From NCBI RefSeq assembly GCF_000745895.1, contig NZ_KN050773.1, forward strand, positions 4,392 through 68,391: a stretch of DNA of 64,000 nt, in the 5' to 3' direction. The DNA comes from Stenoxybacter acetivorans DSM 19021. Its GTDB lineage: Bacteria > Pseudomonadota > Gammaproteobacteria > Burkholderiales > Neisseriaceae. This document shows, piece by piece, positions 1 to 9,105 of the stretch. A program made the position numbers and the translations under genes. The first letter of the stretch is position 1, and the number at the start of each line of letters is the position of its first letter. The notes below the pieces were generated by a model, which did no database searches, had not been told where the DNA came from, and worked only from the letters and a program-made list of their open reading frames with translations.

Positions 1-237
1 AATGCAGGGTAAAGAAGGAATTAACTTCTGAAACCATTCAATTTTTTCTTTTGCCCATTGCTCCATCTCAACAAAAGTATCCGCACCTGCCAACGAGGCA
101 CATCATATGGCAATGGTTAAAATGGCAGGCAACGAGTAAGCAATTTTGTGTTTTCCGCGTGGATCTTTAATCTTTACCAATAAATCCAACAAATTATCTG
201 TTTTTTCTATGATGAGTTTCTTTCTGATGAGAATAAT
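1..237 (-). pseudogene. ISAs1-family transposase N-terminal fragment; runs off the window start, has an in-frame TGA at 104-106 and no ATG start
   Basis: Minus-strand translation gives ...LLVKIKDPRGKHKIAYSLPAILTIAI*CASLAGADTFVEMEQWAKEKIEWFQKLIPSLPCI. This matches the DPR..H.L.DIL..A..A.LCGA..W.DIE.FG....WL...L.L.NGIPSHDT N-terminal signature of ISAs1/H-repeat transposases. The reading frame continues past position 1. Confidence 0.55.
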
Positions 238-372
238 TTATGGAAAATAATACACTATGGCTTAATTGATTAAAATGGTGAGAGAAAATTTTTCATGCGA
301 TTGCCCTGCAAGAATATTTGACATTGTAAATAAATTGTTAAATAATCCCTAAACAAGTTATTTTAGGGAGTA

Positions 373-390
373 GATGTAGATGTAGATATG
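373..390 (+). repeat. (GTAGAT)x3 hexanucleotide tandem repeat overlapping the start region of the lipoprotein gene; creates ATG-TAG start-stop mini-ORFs
   Basis: gtagatgtagatgtagat seen directly, between the AGGGAG Shine-Dalgarno-like motif (365-370) and the ATGs at 388 and 394. Confidence 0.8.
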
Positions 391-1095
391 GAAATGAAAC
401 ATTGGCCGATCCTGTTTTTTACGTTAGTCTTGTTTGGATGCAGCGATCCCAAAAGCGTTGTTATCCCGCAGAACACGGCGAATTGGGAAAAAGAACTTAA
501 AGCCAGCGTGGAAAAGTTACCCGATGAAGACAAAAAGCTATTGGTCGATTACATCCTCAGAGTAACGATGGCGCAAGCCTTTGGTGGTGAGGGCGTACCC
601 GTTGGCACAACCATTGGATCAGCTATCAACAATCAAAAACAATGGGTTGCTGAGCAAGAAAGAAAAGCGGCTGAGGAAAAAGCCCTAAAAGAAACAGTGT
701 TGCAGGAAAAAGCCGCGCTACAGCGTCAGATTGATGAGACACTCGTTGTAACGCTGGTGAAGCATGGCCTTGAAAAAGGAAAATTTGAATTTGAAGATCG
801 CCTATATTTTGAAATCGCTCTACAGAACAAAGGGAAAAAAGAGATAACGGGCGTTTCTGGCGAACTAAAATTTATCGACATGTTCGATAAGGAAATAGGA
901 GCGATAACTTTTAAGTTTACCGATGGCATCAAGGCCGATACAACCACCACATGGACAGGACGACGCAGTTATAATCAGTTTATGGACAATGATAGAGAGC
1001 TGGCAAACTTGAAAGACGGAAAGTTTAAAACTCAGTTTGTGCCAGAAATGATTGTTTTTGCGGACGGTACAAAGATTGGAATGTCGGGGGGGTGA
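388..1095 (+). CDS. hypothetical lipoprotein (signal peptide with L-F-G-C lipobox); start may be the ATG at 394
   Basis: The ORF encodes an N-terminal signal peptide, MKHWPILFFTLVLFGCSD, with a lipobox. No recognisable catalytic motif. Confidence 0.55.
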   Translation: MEMKHWPILFFTLVLFGCSDPKSVVIPQNTANWEKELKASVEKLPDEDKKLLVDYILRVTMAQAFGGEGVPVGTTIGSAINNQKQWVAEQERKAAEEKALKETVLQEKAALQRQIDETLVVTLVKHGLEKGKFEFEDRLYFEIALQNKGKKEITGVSGELKFIDMFDKEIGAITFKFTDGIKADTTTTWTGRRSYNQFMDNDRELANLKDGKFKTQFVPEMIVFADGTKIGMSGG

Positions 1096-1328
1096 ATAAG
1101 GATGTTTCTTATTCGCCCACGCGGAGGCTGGGGTGGGTCTATTTGAAGGGTTGTGTGCTTGGGTATCCATCCATATTGTCCTTTGCGTTGGCTAAGACGC
1201 TTGAGGGCATTAGGTTGGGTTGTTAACGATTGGTATTGATTGGTCATCTTGCAGTGCTGGCATTTAGTTTCGATATTGCCGATGTCGACGGTCAATAACT
1301 TATTACATTGGTTACAGCGATATTGCAT
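1032..1328 (-). CDS. Mu Com-like zinc-ribbon protein (orphan; no mom gene nearby)
   Basis: The N-terminus, MQYRCNQCNKLLTVDIGNIETKCQHCKMTN, has two CxxC knuckles spaced as in phage Mu Com (..RCKNCNKLLF....IEIRCPRCKR..). An AGGA SD lies upstream. Its 3' end overlaps the convergent lipoprotein gene. Confidence 0.4.
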   Translation of the reverse strand: MQYRCNQCNKLLTVDIGNIETKCQHCKMTNQYQSLTTQPNALKRLSQRKGQYGWIPKHTTLQIDPPQPPRGRIRNILIHPPDIPIFVPSAKTIISGTN

Positions 1329-1633
1329 GGTGTTGTTGTCCTACGTTGGTGTACAATCTCGCCGCCTCTAGAGGTGGCGGCTTTCCGATGTATGCCTAGA
1401 CTGCTAGGGGCGCGGGCGGTGGTTCAACCTCACTGCTCGCGCCGCCGTCTTTTGTTTGTGGCCTTGTGCATCCATTACTCTTTTCTTTTTCCAAAAATCC
1501 AAAAATCAATGTTATCTAGGACAGCCCAAAAGTAAATGCTGTTGGTCTGATTCAAAAACCGCTTTTTATGACAGACACCGAGCGTCTGCGGTAATATTCG
1601 GAAATTTTTTTACTTTCTGCATCGTTAATCCAA

Positions 1634-3136
1634 ATGACTTCGTCAAATATGCTCGCCACCGTGGACTTAGGCTCCAACAGCTTCCGACTGCAAATTTGCA
1701 TTAATCACAACGGAATATTACAAATCGTTGATTCTATAAAAGAAATGGTGCGTTTGGCTGCCGGTCTGGACGAACACAAAAATCTTGACGCATCCAGCCA
1801 GCAGCGTGCTTTAACGTGTTTGGCACAATTCGGGCAGCGTTTGCGCGGGTTCAACCCCAAACAAGTCCGCGCGGTTGCCACCAATACTTTCCGTGTGGCA
1901 AAAAATATTGATGAATTTGCCGCCCGCGCCGAAGCCGCACTGGGTTTTCCTATTGAAATCATTGCGGGACGTGAAGAAGCTCGGCTGATTTACACTGGCG
2001 TGGTGCATACTTTGCCGCCAAACGGTAAAAACATGCTGGTCATTGATATTGGCGGCGGTTCTACCGAATTTGTCATTGGCAGTGCGCTGCAACCCGACAT
2101 CACGGAAAGCCTGAATTTGGGCTGTGTTACCTACAGCTTGCGCTTTTTCCCAAAAGGCAAAGTCAATGCTAAAAATTTTCAGGCAGCCGTCAATGCCGCC
2201 CGCATCGAAATTCAGCGCATCACGCCTGATTTAAAGCGCATCAGCTGGCAAACCGCCATTGGTACTTCCGGCAGTGCACGTTCTATTCGTGATGTTATTA
2301 CCGAAAACAACCACGCCATCAACGGCATTACCGCTCAACAAATGCAATACATCGCCGGTTCACTGATTCACAGCGGCAACATCAAAAAAAATAACTTCAG
2401 CGGCTTAAAACCCGATCGTGTTGAAGTATTTTTGGGCGGTTTGGCAATCATGACTGCCGCTTTTGAAGAATTGAACATTGACTTCATGACCGTTACCGAT
2501 GCGGCTTTGCGCGACGGCGTGTTGTACGACATGATTGGCCGCCAGCTGGGCGACGACATGCGCAGCCAAACCATTGCCGACTTTCAAAAACGCTATCATG
2601 TTGATCTTCATCAAGCACAGCGTGCGGCGCATTTAGCAGACCAATTTTTAATGGCATTGCAGCAGCATTCGCCGCTGAATGATTTTTCAGTCCAACGCCA
2701 AAATACTGCATGGGCGGCAGCTTTACATGAAATCGGTTTATCCATCGCACACACCGGTTACCATAAACACGGTGCTTATATTCTGGAAGAAGCAGACATG
2801 CCGGGGTTTTCCCGCAAAGAACAACAAATACTGGCAACCTTAGTGCTGGGGCATCGCGGTGATTTGCGCAAATTTGATACCCGAATCGGCGAATCGGAAT
2901 TGTGGCTGCCAATCATTTCACTGCGCCTTGCCGCACTCTTCTGCCGCTCCCGCCAAGATGTTGCACTGCCCGAACAATTTGCCTTGCAATACAATCAAAA
3001 CAAACATCAAACCACATTAACATTGGATGCCGACTGGCTGCACCACCATCCGCTTACCGCCGCTGCTTTGGCACAGGAATCAATATTGTGGCAAAAAATC
3101 GGTCAATCTTTCCAACTACACGTACTACCCGCATGA
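1634..3136 (+). CDS. ppx: exopolyphosphatase / guanosine pentaphosphate phosphohydrolase (Ppx/GppA family)
   Basis: A 500-aa ORF whose N-terminus, ATVDLGSNSFRLQI, matches the Ppx/GppA actin-like ATPase fold. The length also fits. Confidence 0.85.
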   Translation: MTSSNMLATVDLGSNSFRLQICINHNGILQIVDSIKEMVRLAAGLDEHKNLDASSQQRALTCLAQFGQRLRGFNPKQVRAVATNTFRVAKNIDEFAARAEAALGFPIEIIAGREEARLIYTGVVHTLPPNGKNMLVIDIGGGSTEFVIGSALQPDITESLNLGCVTYSLRFFPKGKVNAKNFQAAVNAARIEIQRITPDLKRISWQTAIGTSGSARSIRDVITENNHAINGITAQQMQYIAGSLIHSGNIKKNNFSGLKPDRVEVFLGGLAIMTAAFEELNIDFMTVTDAALRDGVLYDMIGRQLGDDMRSQTIADFQKRYHVDLHQAQRAAHLADQFLMALQQHSPLNDFSVQRQNTAWAAALHEIGLSIAHTGYHKHGAYILEEADMPGFSRKEQQILATLVLGHRGDLRKFDTRIGESELWLPIISLRLAALFCRSRQDVALPEQFALQYNQNKHQTTLTLDADWLHHHPLTAAALAQESILWQKIGQSFQLHVLPA

Positions 3137-4203
3137 ATACCAACGACAATAACGGCGATTTATCGCTCAACAACATCAGCCAACCCGAAGAATTTGTGCG
3201 CAGCAGCACTGCCAATTCACCGAAGCGTTCCTTGAATATTGTCCGCTACAATGCTGACAGCTTTCATCGGCAGGAATATACCAACAAACTGCCCGATGCC
3301 ATTTCACCGCCAAGCGACAGCACTGAATTGATGTGGCTGCGCGCCATTGGCATCAATAACGCCGACAGCTTACACAATTTGCTCAAACCATTCGGTATTC
3401 ATGATTTGGTGATAGAAGATATTTTGAGCCGCAGACAGCGCGCCAAAATTGAGGACTACGGCGATTATTTGTTTATGGTTTTTCAAACATTTGAATACCA
3501 AAATAAAAAACTTCAATCCGATCAAATCTACATCATCATGGGACAAGGGTTTTTACTCACTTTCCAGCAACGCCCCATGGGTTTATTCAGCACCGTACGC
3601 GACAACTTGCAACAAAATCGTTTGCAATCACGCAATCAAGGCATTGATTGCTTATGTTATTTCCTAATTGACCGCTTAATTGACGATTATTTTTCCGTCA
3701 TCAACCAATTCAGCAACCGCACTGAACATTTGGACAAGACCCTATTCAAGTCAGACAGCGATGATGTTTTATTGGCAATCCACAAACTCAAGCGCGAAGC
3801 CATGCGTTTGCGCCGCAGCTTGCTGCCCCAGCGTGAAATGCTCAATCAATTGGTGCGCGGCGATTTTGCCGCATTCAACACCAACACTCGAGTTTATCTG
3901 CGCGATGTCCACGATCACAGCATTCAATTACTGGAAACCGTGGATACTGCCCGCGATTCAGTAGTCAGCATGATGGACGTACATTTATCGTATCAATCCA
4001 ATCGACTCAACAAACAAATGCGTGTATTAACCGTGATTACCATTTTGTTTATGCCGCTCACCGTAATTACCGGCATCTACGGTATGAATTTCGACAATAT
4101 GCCGGAATTACACTGGCACTACGGCTATTTTTTGATATTAGCGGTGATGGCAAGCGTAGTGGTGTCGCTGTTAACTTATTTTTCCAGAAATAAGTGGCTG
4201 TGA
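3133..4203 (+). CDS. corA: magnesium/cobalt transporter CorA
   Basis: C-terminal YGMNF motif plus two TM helices. The ATG at 3133 overlaps the ppx stop (ATGA). The long ORF from 2902 is an upstream extension in the same frame. Confidence 0.85.
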   Translation: MNTNDNNGDLSLNNISQPEEFVRSSTANSPKRSLNIVRYNADSFHRQEYTNKLPDAISPPSDSTELMWLRAIGINNADSLHNLLKPFGIHDLVIEDILSRRQRAKIEDYGDYLFMVFQTFEYQNKKLQSDQIYIIMGQGFLLTFQQRPMGLFSTVRDNLQQNRLQSRNQGIDCLCYFLIDRLIDDYFSVINQFSNRTEHLDKTLFKSDSDDVLLAIHKLKREAMRLRRSLLPQREMLNQLVRGDFAAFNTNTRVYLRDVHDHSIQLLETVDTARDSVVSMMDVHLSYQSNRLNKQMRVLTVITILFMPLTVITGIYGMNFDNMPELHWHYGYFLILAVMASVVVSLLTYFSRNKWL

Positions 4204-4218
4204 TATTAACTGATTTCT

Positions 4219-4233
4219 TTCAGGCAGCCTGAA
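4219..4233. repeat. DUS-like 15-mer TTCAGGCAGCCTGAA (palindromic extension of the 12-mer AGGCTGCCTGAA)
   Basis: exact match; sits after the corA stop. Confidence 0.9.
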
Positions 4234-4427
4234 AACAAAGCCGCCAAACAAACCACGCCAATAAAATACAGCAAGCAAGCATCGGCTGATTCAGGTAAGA
4301 TACCGCCTCGGTAAACAACAGTTGCCGATTTGTCGATATTGATTTTATAAAAACATCTTTATCATATTGTCTGAATCCAATGTCTTGCATTGGATTTGCT
4401 CTTTATTATTATCAGGAGGATAATATT

Positions 4428-4883
4428 ATGAAAACAAATAAAATTTTTGCAGCTTTGGCAACAATCGCGTTGTTGAGCGCATGTGGTACATCATCTGCAC
4501 CTGTTATCAGCAAAGCCGCAGCCACACCGCCCGCCATGATTAACGATGGGCACAATGCCCAAAATTCACTCACTTGGTGGGGAACCTACACCGGCACGGT
4601 GCCCTGTGCCGATTGCGCCGGCATTGAAACCAATCTGGTCTTAAACGAAAACGGCAGCTTTGTACTGACACAAACCTATCTGAAAGGCATGAAACCCGGT
4701 AAGCCATTTGTCACCAAAGGCAATTTTTCTTGGAACAAACAAGGCAACATGATTAATCTGCCCATTGATAGAGAAATCGTTCCTTACTTTGTTGGTGAAA
4801 ACTATTTAACTCAATATTATATGGACGGCAGCGAACCCGAAGGTGAGTTAGCACCGATGTACCGCCTGAAAAAAATAAACTAA
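4428..4883 (+). CDS. lipoprotein with NlpE-N-terminal-like CxxC domain (possible copper-related)
   Basis: AGGAGG RBS then MKTNKIFAALATIALLSACG lipobox; CADCAG motif. Confidence 0.6.
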   Translation: MKTNKIFAALATIALLSACGTSSAPVISKAAATPPAMINDGHNAQNSLTWWGTYTGTVPCADCAGIETNLVLNENGSFVLTQTYLKGMKPGKPFVTKGNFSWNKQGNMINLPIDREIVPYFVGENYLTQYYMDGSEPEGELAPMYRLKKIN

Positions 4884-4895
4884 AACAAAAATACT

Positions 4896-4930
4896 CGCTT
4901 GTCTTATTAAAAATAAGACAAGCGTTTTTC
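4896..4930 (+). terminator. rho-independent terminator
   Basis: cgcttgtcttatt-aaaaa-taagacaagcg hairpin followed by TTTTT. Confidence 0.7.
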
Positions 4931-4961
4931 GCATTAAACACCATACATACCCCGACACCCC

Positions 4962-5753
4962 ATGCCGCGACACCCCTACCGCCGTCTGCGCCCTGCGCGT
5001 TTTACCCTTCCTGAAGTCGGCATTTCCGAAGAAGGCAATATCCGCTCTTTACATTTAGGCACACCCACCATTCAAAGCTCAATGAATTTGGATAACCCGA
5101 GCGAATTGGTGTTGTCTTACAGCCGCGCCATGATGGCGTGGTTATTATTTATTGATGACATGCCGCACCACATTACCCAAATCGGCTTAGGCGGCGGTTC
5201 ATTTGCGCGCTGGATAGACGAATATTTGCCGCAAACCAAACAAACCATTGTAGAAATCAACCCGCAAGTCATTAACGTGGCAAAGAGCCTGTTTGAATTG
5301 CCGTATGAAAGCAAGCAATTTGAAATCATTGAAGACGACGGCGCAGAATACATCAAAATACTGCATGGCAATACCGATATTGTGTTGGTGGACGGTTTTG
5401 ACGGTGAACAAATTATCAACGACTTGGTCAGCGAATCTTTTTTTGCCGACTGCCGCCACGCTTTGCGGGATAATGGTATTTTTGTTACCAATTGGTGGCA
5501 AGGCGATAAACGCTACCCTATTTTTATGGACCGTTTGCGCCGTGTGTTTGATAACCGCGTTATTGCCGTTCCCGCAGAAACCCACGGCAACGCCGCTGTG
5601 CTGGCATTTCAGACTGCCCCCGCACAATTGGCTTGGAACAAACTGAAAAAACGCGCACGTGAATGTGCCGAACAATTTCACTTAAATTTTCCTGCTATGC
5701 TGTCGGCGATAAAAGCGCAGCATCCGCACCCGCATTCATTAACCTTTGATTGA
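4962..5753 (+). CDS. spermidine-synthase-like (PABS family) methyltransferase-fold protein
   Basis: IGLGGGSFARW glycine-rich motif and a VLVDGFDG acidic motif, typical of the PABS fold. The exact start is uncertain. Confidence 0.5.
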   Translation: MPRHPYRRLRPARFTLPEVGISEEGNIRSLHLGTPTIQSSMNLDNPSELVLSYSRAMMAWLLFIDDMPHHITQIGLGGGSFARWIDEYLPQTKQTIVEINPQVINVAKSLFELPYESKQFEIIEDDGAEYIKILHGNTDIVLVDGFDGEQIINDLVSESFFADCRHALRDNGIFVTNWWQGDKRYPIFMDRLRRVFDNRVIAVPAETHGNAAVLAFQTAPAQLAWNKLKKRARECAEQFHLNFPAMLSAIKAQHPHPHSLTFD

Positions 5754-5762
5754 ATTACCGCA

Positions 5763-5777
5763 TTCAGGCTGCCTGAA
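5763..5777. repeat. DUS-like 15-mer TTCAGGCTGCCTGAA
   Basis: exact match. Confidence 0.9.
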
Positions 5778-5791
5778 ATAAGGATTTTTTC

Positions 5792-6121
5792 GTGAGTTAT
5801 TTCAAACGTCATTTATTCGTTTGCTGCAATCAGCGCAACGACCCCAACCGCAAAAGTTGCGGTGACAACCACACCGGCGATGCTGCCTTGGATTTTCTGC
5901 GCGGGCATGCCAAAAACATGGGGCTGATTGGCCCCGGCAAATTGCGAATCAGTCAAAGCGGCTGCTTGGGCAGATGTCAAGAAGGACCCGCTTTGGTGAT
6001 TTATCCTGAAGGCCGTTGGTACACCTACGCCAATGAAGCTGATTTACAGGAAATTTTGGATTGTGATTTGGTTCGTGGGGAAGCTGTTTCCCGCTTATTA
6101 TTGGATACTGAAAATCCATGA
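5792..6121 (+). CDS. thioredoxin-like (2Fe-2S) ferredoxin
   Basis: A Cys pattern, CC..C....CLGRC, matching the thioredoxin-like ferredoxin family. GTG start. Overlaps the next gene. Confidence 0.6.
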   Translation: MSYFKRHLFVCCNQRNDPNRKSCGDNHTGDAALDFLRGHAKNMGLIGPGKLRISQSGCLGRCQEGPALVIYPEGRWYTYANEADLQEILDCDLVRGEAVSRLLLDTENP

Positions 6122-7065
6122 GTACCGAAATTGACGCTTTTGCCAACCGCTTGGGTAAAAACATCAAACATTTAATCAAATGGGCAAAGCGTGAAAACAC
6201 AGAGGTATGGCGGCTCTATGATCGCGATGTACCGCAATTTCCGTTCGCCATTGACTTATACGGTGAACACATTCACCTGCAAGAATATGATACCGGTTGG
6301 TTGCTGCCTGAAAAAGAATACGAACACTGGCTAAACCAAGTGATTGATGCGGTTTGTTTTGTCAGCGGATTTCCCAAAGAGCATATTCATCTAAAACGCC
6401 GCGCCCGCCAAAAAGGCAAGGAGCAATACGAAAAAACAGGTCAGAGCGGCGAAGATTTTGTGGTACACGAAAACGGGCGCAAATTTTGGGTTAATCTGGA
6501 TAAATATCTGGATACCGGCTTATTTTTGGATCACCGCAACACCCGCAGGCGCATTGGGCAATCGGCTGAAGGAAAACGCTTTTTAAACCTGTTTGCCTAT
6601 ACCGGCAGTTTCAGCGTTTATGCCGCCACCGGCGGCGCAGCAGCCAGCGAAACCGTGGATTTATCCAATACCTATTTGGATTGGGCACAGCGCAATTTTG
6701 CCTTAAACGGCATCAATAAAAGCCAACATCAATTGATACGCGCCGATGTATTTGCCTATTTGATTCAGGCAGCCGAACAAACCAAAACTTTCGATTTAAT
6801 CGTCATGGATCCGCCCAGTTTTTCCAACAGTAAAAAAATGCGCGACATCTTAGATGTGCAGCGCGATCACGTGCGCTTGATTGACGGCGCAATGCGTTTA
6901 TTATCGCCGCAGGGCATTCTGTTCTTTTCCAATAATTTAAAAGGCTTTTACTTGGAAGAACATTTAAATCAGCGTTATTTTGTAAAAAACATCAACCGCC
7001 AATCCGTACCGGATGATTTTCGCAATAAGAAAATTCATCAATGCTGGGAAATTCGGCATACATAA
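6118..7065 (+). CDS. class I SAM-dependent methyltransferase (RlmI/YccW-like, COG1092)
   Basis: DPPSFSNSKK motif, characteristic of the 23S rRNA m5C methyltransferase family. Confidence 0.6.
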   Translation: MSTEIDAFANRLGKNIKHLIKWAKRENTEVWRLYDRDVPQFPFAIDLYGEHIHLQEYDTGWLLPEKEYEHWLNQVIDAVCFVSGFPKEHIHLKRRARQKGKEQYEKTGQSGEDFVVHENGRKFWVNLDKYLDTGLFLDHRNTRRRIGQSAEGKRFLNLFAYTGSFSVYAATGGAAASETVDLSNTYLDWAQRNFALNGINKSQHQLIRADVFAYLIQAAEQTKTFDLIVMDPPSFSNSKKMRDILDVQRDHVRLIDGAMRLLSPQGILFFSNNLKGFYLEEHLNQRYFVKNINRQSVPDDFRNKKIHQCWEIRHT

Positions 7066-7097
7066 TTTCATTTTAAACAAAATTTAAGAGACAACAC

Positions 7098-8316
7098 ATG
7101 GGACATCAAATCAAGACTGCGATTGCCGGCGCACAAATTTTGTTTGTGGCATTCGGCGCAATGGTGTTGGTGCCGCTGCTCACCGGCTTAAACCCCGCTC
7201 TGGCACTATTGGGTGCAGGCATCGGTACTTTACTGTTTCAGGCAGCCACCAAACGCAAAGTACCGATTTTTTTGGGTTCATCATTTGCATTTATCGCACC
7301 AATTATCTATTCCATACAAGAATGGGGTTTGCCCGCCACGCTGCTTTGGTCTGTTTGCCGCCGGTTTCATGTATTTTTTATTCGCCTTGCTGGTGAAGTG
7401 GCGCGGACTGGAAGCCGTGCATCGCCTGTTGCCGCCCGTGGTCATCGGACCCGTGATTATGGTCATTGGCTTGTCTGTGGCTGTGGTGGCAAGCAATATG
7501 GCAATGGGCAAAGCGGGCGACACCCAAGTCGTTGATTACACCCATTCTTTGCTGTTATCGGGCTTTACCTTCTCGGTAACCGTGATTGTGGCTGTGTTTG
7601 GCAGCAAAATGATGAAGCTCATTCCGATTTTAATCGGCGTGGCTTCCGGTTATTTGGCAGCATTGTTTTTCGGTATGGTGGACACCGCCGCCATTGCCGC
7701 CGCTCCGTGGTTTGCCGTGCCGCACTTTGTGGCACCGCAAGTAAACTGGCAGGCTGCATTATTCATGCTGCCCGTTGCCATCGCCCCCGCCATCGAACAC
7801 ATCGGCGGCGTAATGGCAATCGGCAAAGTAACCGACATTGATTACACCAAAGACCCTGGGTTACACAAAACACTGGCGGGCGACGGCTTGGGCGTGTGCG
7901 TTGCCGGTTTAATCGGTGGTCCGCCGGTAACGACCTACGGCGAAGTAACGGGCGCGGTGATGATTACCAAAAACAGCAATCCCGTTATCATGACATGGGC
8001 AGCAGTGTTTGCCATTTGTATGGCGTTTTTCGGCAAATTCAATGCTTTTTTGGCATCTATTCCCATGCCGGTAATGGGCGGTATTATGATTTTGTTATTT
8101 GGTACAATTGCTTCTTTGGGTTTAAAAACACTGATAGATGCCAAAGTGGATTTAATGAATCCGAAGAACTTGGTTATTGTCAGCTCGGTATTAACCGTGG
8201 GCGTGGGCGGCATGGCAGTGAAACTCGGCAGCATGGCATTCGCCGGTGTGGGCTTGTGTGCATTGCTGGCGATTTTTTTGAATAGGGTGCTGCCAAATGA
8301 GAAAACCCACCAATAA
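7098..8316 (+). pseudogene. uraA: uracil/xanthine permease (NCS2 family, UraA-like) with an apparent 1-bp frameshift near 7341-7350
   Basis: Two overlapping ORFs (7098-7535 and 7213-8316) together reconstruct a single NCS2 permease. The upstream part contains ...SSFAFIAPII...EWGLPATL. The frame switches at ctgctttggtctg, and the downstream part continues FGLFAAGFMYFLF.... This may be a sequencing error. Confidence 0.6.
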
Positions 8317-8321
8317 ATTAC

Positions 8322-8333
8322 AGGCTGCCTGAA
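8322..8333. repeat. DUS 12-mer AGGCTGCCTGAA
   Basis: exact match after the uraA stop. Confidence 0.9.
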
Positions 8334-8341
8334 AAATTATC

Positions 8342-9040
8342 ATGAAAACAACGTTTTCTTTTCGCCGTCTCATCGGCAATACTGCATGGATATTGCTTGC
8401 TTTATTCGTGTTGTATTGGGCATGGATATTCGGTTGTGTACTGTGCTGGCGTTTTTTTAATCCGACTGAAACCGCCTTTATGGCAGCACAATTAACCGTG
8501 TTGCAACAGAAAAATCCTGAAGCAAAGATTACCCAGCAATGGGTGGACTACGAACATATTTCAGCAAACCTAAAACGTGCCGTGGTTGCTGCCGAAGATG
8601 ATCGCTTTGTCGAACACAGCGGTTTTGATTGGGAAAGTTTACAGCAAGCCGTTGAAAATGAATTACAGCATAAAAAAAGTGGCGGCGGTTCAACCATTAG
8701 CCAGCAATTGGCAAAAAATTTATTTTTATCATCAGAGCGCAGCTATATCCGCAAGGCACAAGAAGCCGTGATTACCGTGATGATTGAAACCATGTGGAGC
8801 AAAAAACGCATTTTAGAAGTGTATTTAAATGTTGCCGAATGGGGCAGCGGTATTTTTGGGGCGGAAGCGGCGGCACGTCATTATTACGGCATTTCTGCCG
8901 CAGGATTAAATGAACGGCAAGCAGCACGGCTGGCAGTGATGCTGCCAAATCCGCGCCGTTATCAGCAACGCTATCCGGCAGGGCTGGCACGTCATGCAGC
9001 CCGAATTCAGCGGCGCATGAAATATTCCGATACACCTTAA
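8342..9040 (+). CDS. mtgA: monofunctional biosynthetic peptidoglycan transglycosylase
   Basis: AAEDDRF, RKAQEAV and EVYLNVAEWG motifs of glycosyltransferase family 51. The length fits at 232 aa. Confidence 0.85.
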   Translation: MKTTFSFRRLIGNTAWILLALFVLYWAWIFGCVLCWRFFNPTETAFMAAQLTVLQQKNPEAKITQQWVDYEHISANLKRAVVAAEDDRFVEHSGFDWESLQQAVENELQHKKSGGGSTISQQLAKNLFLSSERSYIRKAQEAVITVMIETMWSKKRILEVYLNVAEWGSGIFGAEAAARHYYGISAAGLNERQAARLAVMLPNPRRYQQRYPAGLARHAARIQRRMKYSDTP

Positions 9041-9105
9041 ACAGGAACAAGCGGCTTGAAAACCAAACAAGTATTTTTGTTTTCGCCGCCGATTTCCAAC
9101 GAATA

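Noticed and set aside
2902-4203. 433-aa ORF as the corA gene
   Set aside because: The 5' 230 nt overlap ppx in another frame. The true corA start is the ATG at 3133, which overlaps the ppx stop.
7098-7535. Separate 145-aa and 367-aa genes (7098-7535, 7213-8316)
   Set aside because: Both are pieces of one NCS2 permease separated by a frameshift; they are annotated together as a pseudogene or possible sequencing error.
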